Part shown: one piece after another, positions 37,239 to 39,663 of the stretch | Numbering within the stretch: position 1 is the stretch's first letter | Layout: every line of letters begins with the position of its first letter | Source: Deltaproteobacteria bacterium | GTDB lineage: Bacteria; UBA10199; DSSB01 | DNA length: 39,663 bases | Reading direction: 5' to 3' | Assembly (NCBI GenBank): GCA_020853015.1 | Contig: JADYZQ010000027.1 | Location: 1 to 39,663, forward strand | Notes under the pieces: generated by a model | Database searches by the model: none | Told to the model about the DNA's origin: nothing | What the model saw: the letters and a program-made list of their open reading frames with translations, nothing else | Position numbers and translations under genes: made by a program

Positions 37239-38938
37239 TACGCATGAAGACTTTCTTGATGTTGGGAATCCTATTCTTCCCCGCCGCCCTCCTGGCGGAA
37301 GGCGAGAGGCCCGCGCCGAAGCCCGGCATGCAGGTCGAGATCCTGCGGGAGGTGGCGATTCAGGAAGGCGGCCGCAAGAAGCCCTTCGACACCTTCGCCC
37401 GCGAGACGGTCCGCACCATCACCGGCCGGGAGAAGTTCCAGGGCTTCGACCCCATCGAGCTGATTTATTCCTGGCTGACGCAGACCAAGGCCTGGGAAAA
37501 ATTGCCCATCCTCGACGCGGGCTTCAAGCCCCTGCAGGAGCAGGTGGGGCTGAAGCCGACGGACGGCCGCGTCGCGCCGGCCGACCTGGCCGCCAACCAA
37601 GAGTTTCAGCTCTTCATGCAGACGGTGGCGGCCAAGCAGCAGGAAGGGGCGAGCTTAAGCGAGATCGAGCGCCACGCGGCCAGCCTGATGCAACGGCTCA
37701 ACCTTTTCTACACCATCGCCTCGGGCTCCGCCCTCACCATGATCCCTCAGGCCGGCGGCCACTGGGAAAGCCTCGAGAAGCTGGCGGAGCGCTATCCCAA
37801 TCTCTCGGCCATGCAGGCGGCGCCGACCGCCGACGCCAAGATCGCCGGGGCGGTCCAGGGCAGCTTGGCCGCTTATTTTCAAGGCGACGCGGCGCTCTTC
37901 GGCCAGATGGCAATAATGATGCGCGATCTCCTGAAAGAGCAGGGGCAGATCGTCAAGGATTACCCCTCGGCCCAGGATCTGCATCGCGAGATCCGGCTCA
38001 ACACGGTCAAGCCCTTCCGTCTGGCCTGGCTGGGCTACGCCTTGGCCTTCTTCCTCTTGATCAGCAGCCTCTGGATGAAAGGGAAGGGCTTGTATTGGGT
38101 GGGGATGGGCCTGCTGGCGCTGTCCTTCGGGGTCCATATTTACGGCTTCGTCCTGCGTATGCTGATTTCAGGGCGGCCGCCCGTGACCAATATGTACGAG
38201 TCGGTCATCTGGGTGGCCTTCGGCGTCGTCCTCTTCGCCTTGATCTTCGAGGCGGTTTACCGTGCCAAGATCTATGCCGTCGCAGCGGCGGCCCTGGCGA
38301 CGCTGCTGATGGTGGTGGCCGATTCGGTACCCTCCATCCTCGATCCCGCCATCGATCCCCTGGTGCCGGTCCTGCGCAGCAACTATTGGCTGACCATCCA
38401 CGTGCTCACCATCACCTTGAGCTATGCGGCCTTCGCCCTGGCCCTCGGCGTGGGCAACGCGAGTCTGGGTTATTATATTTTCAAGCCGCAGGCGAAGGAG
38501 CGCATCGAGCGTCTCAATTATTTTCTCTATCGGTCCATGCAGGTCGGCGTTATCCTTTTGGCCGCCGGCACCATTCTCGGCGGGGTCTGGGCCAACGCCT
38601 CTTGGGGCCGGTTCTGGGGCTGGGATCCCAAAGAGGTCTGGGCGCTGATCGCGCTCTTGGGCTACCTGGCGATCCTGCACGGCCGCTTCGCAGGTTGGCT
38701 GCGCGGTTTCGGGCTGGCCCTGGGCTCGGTCCTGGCCTTCCTCTTGGTGTTGATGGCCTGGTACGGCGTGAATTTCATCTTGGGTGTCGGCCTGCACAGC
38801 TACGGCTTCAGCTCCGGCGGTGCGACGGGGATGGCGACCTTCGTCGGCATCGAGCTCCTCTGGGTTGGCTTCGCGACCCTGCGCTACAAGATGTTGTTTA
38901 AGCCGGCTCGGGTCCCGGCGATGGGCCGGTCGGGATGA
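37235..38938 (+). CDS. ccsA: Cytochrome c biogenesis protein CcsA/ResC with an extended N-terminal periplasmic domain
   Basis: RPPVTNMYES, LRSNYWLTIHV, WANASWGRFWGWDPKE (WWD motif) and GLHSY; ATGA overlap with resB. Confidence 0.93.
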   Translation: MIRMKTFLMLGILFFPAALLAEGERPAPKPGMQVEILREVAIQEGGRKKPFDTFARETVRTITGREKFQGFDPIELIYSWLTQTKAWEKLPILDAGFKPLQEQVGLKPTDGRVAPADLAANQEFQLFMQTVAAKQQEGASLSEIERHAASLMQRLNLFYTIASGSALTMIPQAGGHWESLEKLAERYPNLSAMQAAPTADAKIAGAVQGSLAAYFQGDAALFGQMAIMMRDLLKEQGQIVKDYPSAQDLHREIRLNTVKPFRLAWLGYALAFFLLISSLWMKGKGLYWVGMGLLALSFGVHIYGFVLRMLISGRPPVTNMYESVIWVAFGVVLFALIFEAVYRAKIYAVAAAALATLLMVVADSVPSILDPAIDPLVPVLRSNYWLTIHVLTITLSYAAFALALGVGNASLGYYIFKPQAKERIERLNYFLYRSMQVGVILLAAGTILGGVWANASWGRFWGWDPKEVWALIALLGYLAILHGRFAGWLRGFGLALGSVLAFLLVLMAWYGVNFILGVGLHSYGFSSGGATGMATFVGIELLWVGFATLRYKMLFKPARVPAMGRSG

Positions 38939-39594
38939 AGAAGAAACCGGCTCCCATCCCCGAGATCGTAGCCACCTCCTACCTCCCCGAGCAGCTCCCC
39001 GCGCTGCGGGGCGCGATCGCGATCTTTCTGGGCCGCTCCAACGCCGGCAAATCCTCCTTATTAAACGCCGTCCTCAAGAAGGCCTTGGCCCGGGTTAGCA
39101 AGGCACCCGGGAAGACCCGCTCGGTCAATTTTTATCGCTGGGGACCCAAGCTCTGTCTGGTCGACGTCCCCGGCTACGGCTTCGCCCAACGCGGCCGCGA
39201 GGAGCGGGACGCCTGGAAGGAGCTGATGGCGAGTTTTTTCGACCGGGTCCCGGACACGGCCCTGGCCTTCCTTCTCCTTGACAGCAAGCGGGAGCCGGAG
39301 GCCGAGGAGTTCGGCCTGATCGACGGCCTGCACGAGCGGGGCGTTTCGACCCACCTCTTGCTCACCAAATGCGACCGGCTCAAACAGGCCGAACGCGAGG
39401 CGCGCCGCCGCGGGCTGGAGGCGCAATTCCGGGTGCCGGGCCGCGAAATTCCTTTGACGTGGAGTTTCGTCTCGGCCAAAACAGGGGAGGGCGTCGACGC
39501 CTTGAGGCGGCGGCTGCTCGACTATGCCAAAGAGATTCCGATTTCAGCTCCGACCCATGACCCGCAGCGATCTCGACGCGGTGCTGGACATTGA
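38935..39594 (+). CDS. engB: Ribosome biogenesis GTPase YihA/YsxC
   Basis: GRSNAGKSSLLN, SKAPGKTR, DVPGYG and TKCD motifs. Confidence 0.93.
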   Translation: MKKKPAPIPEIVATSYLPEQLPALRGAIAIFLGRSNAGKSSLLNAVLKKALARVSKAPGKTRSVNFYRWGPKLCLVDVPGYGFAQRGREERDAWKELMASFFDRVPDTALAFLLLDSKREPEAEEFGLIDGLHERGVSTHLLLTKCDRLKQAEREARRRGLEAQFRVPGREIPLTWSFVSAKTGEGVDALRRRLLDYAKEIPISAPTHDPQRSRRGAGH

Positions 39595-39663
39595 GCGCCG
39601 CAGCTTCGAACAGCCCTACAGCCGGGAGATCCTCGCCCAAGAGCTGAAAATCAAGGCGGCCCA
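39524..39663 (+). CDS. rimI: Ribosomal-protein-alanine N-acetyltransferase, 3'-truncated by the window edge
   Basis: Hand translation MPKRFRFQLRPMTRSDLDAVLDIERRSFEQPYSREILAQEL matches the RimI N-terminal pattern (R.M...DL..V..IE..SF..PWS). The start may be 39557. Confidence 0.75.
   Translation, partial: MPKRFRFQLRPMTRSDLDAVLDIERRSFEQPYSREILAQELKIKAA

Noticed and set aside
39524-39594. engB/rimI overlap as a frameshift or pseudogene
   Set aside because: Both frames keep their family motifs, and a short overlap from a C-terminal extension of EngB is unremarkable.

Overview
High-GC bacterial chromosomal window. The gene content (MYXO-CTERM-like sorting signal, System II heme c maturation, split b6/subunit IV complex) is consistent with a deltaproteobacterial or Myxococcota-like lineage, which is an inference. 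Housekeeping genes are mutL-miaA and eno-resB-ccsA-engB-rimI (partial). A respiratory cluster encodes a Rieske protein, cytochrome b6, subunit IV, an octaheme cytochrome c, a cupredoxin-like lipoprotein and ctaA-ctaB-sco-DUF420. The most notable items are: (1) a GbsR-type regulator, a radical SAM protein with the motif layout of archaeal tetraether synthase (Tes/GDGT-MAS) and a PIP/AIP-synthase-like CDP-alcohol phosphatidyltransferase, a candidate bacterial membrane-spanning-lipid locus; (2) two large proteins that share a conserved hydrophobic block and then diverge completely, resembling polymorphic effectors; (3) a ~1720-aa protein with two degenerate GGDEF-like modules; (4) a highly structured non-coding element upstream of mutL with a perfect 28-bp inverted repeat, nested hairpins and a decaying array of GTAG-hairpin units; (5) a 55-aa membrane ORF missing from the ORF track that may be a split-off piece of subunit IV. 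No rRNA, tRNA, CRISPR array, transposase or integrase was recognised. All family calls come from manual motif reading, not database searches.
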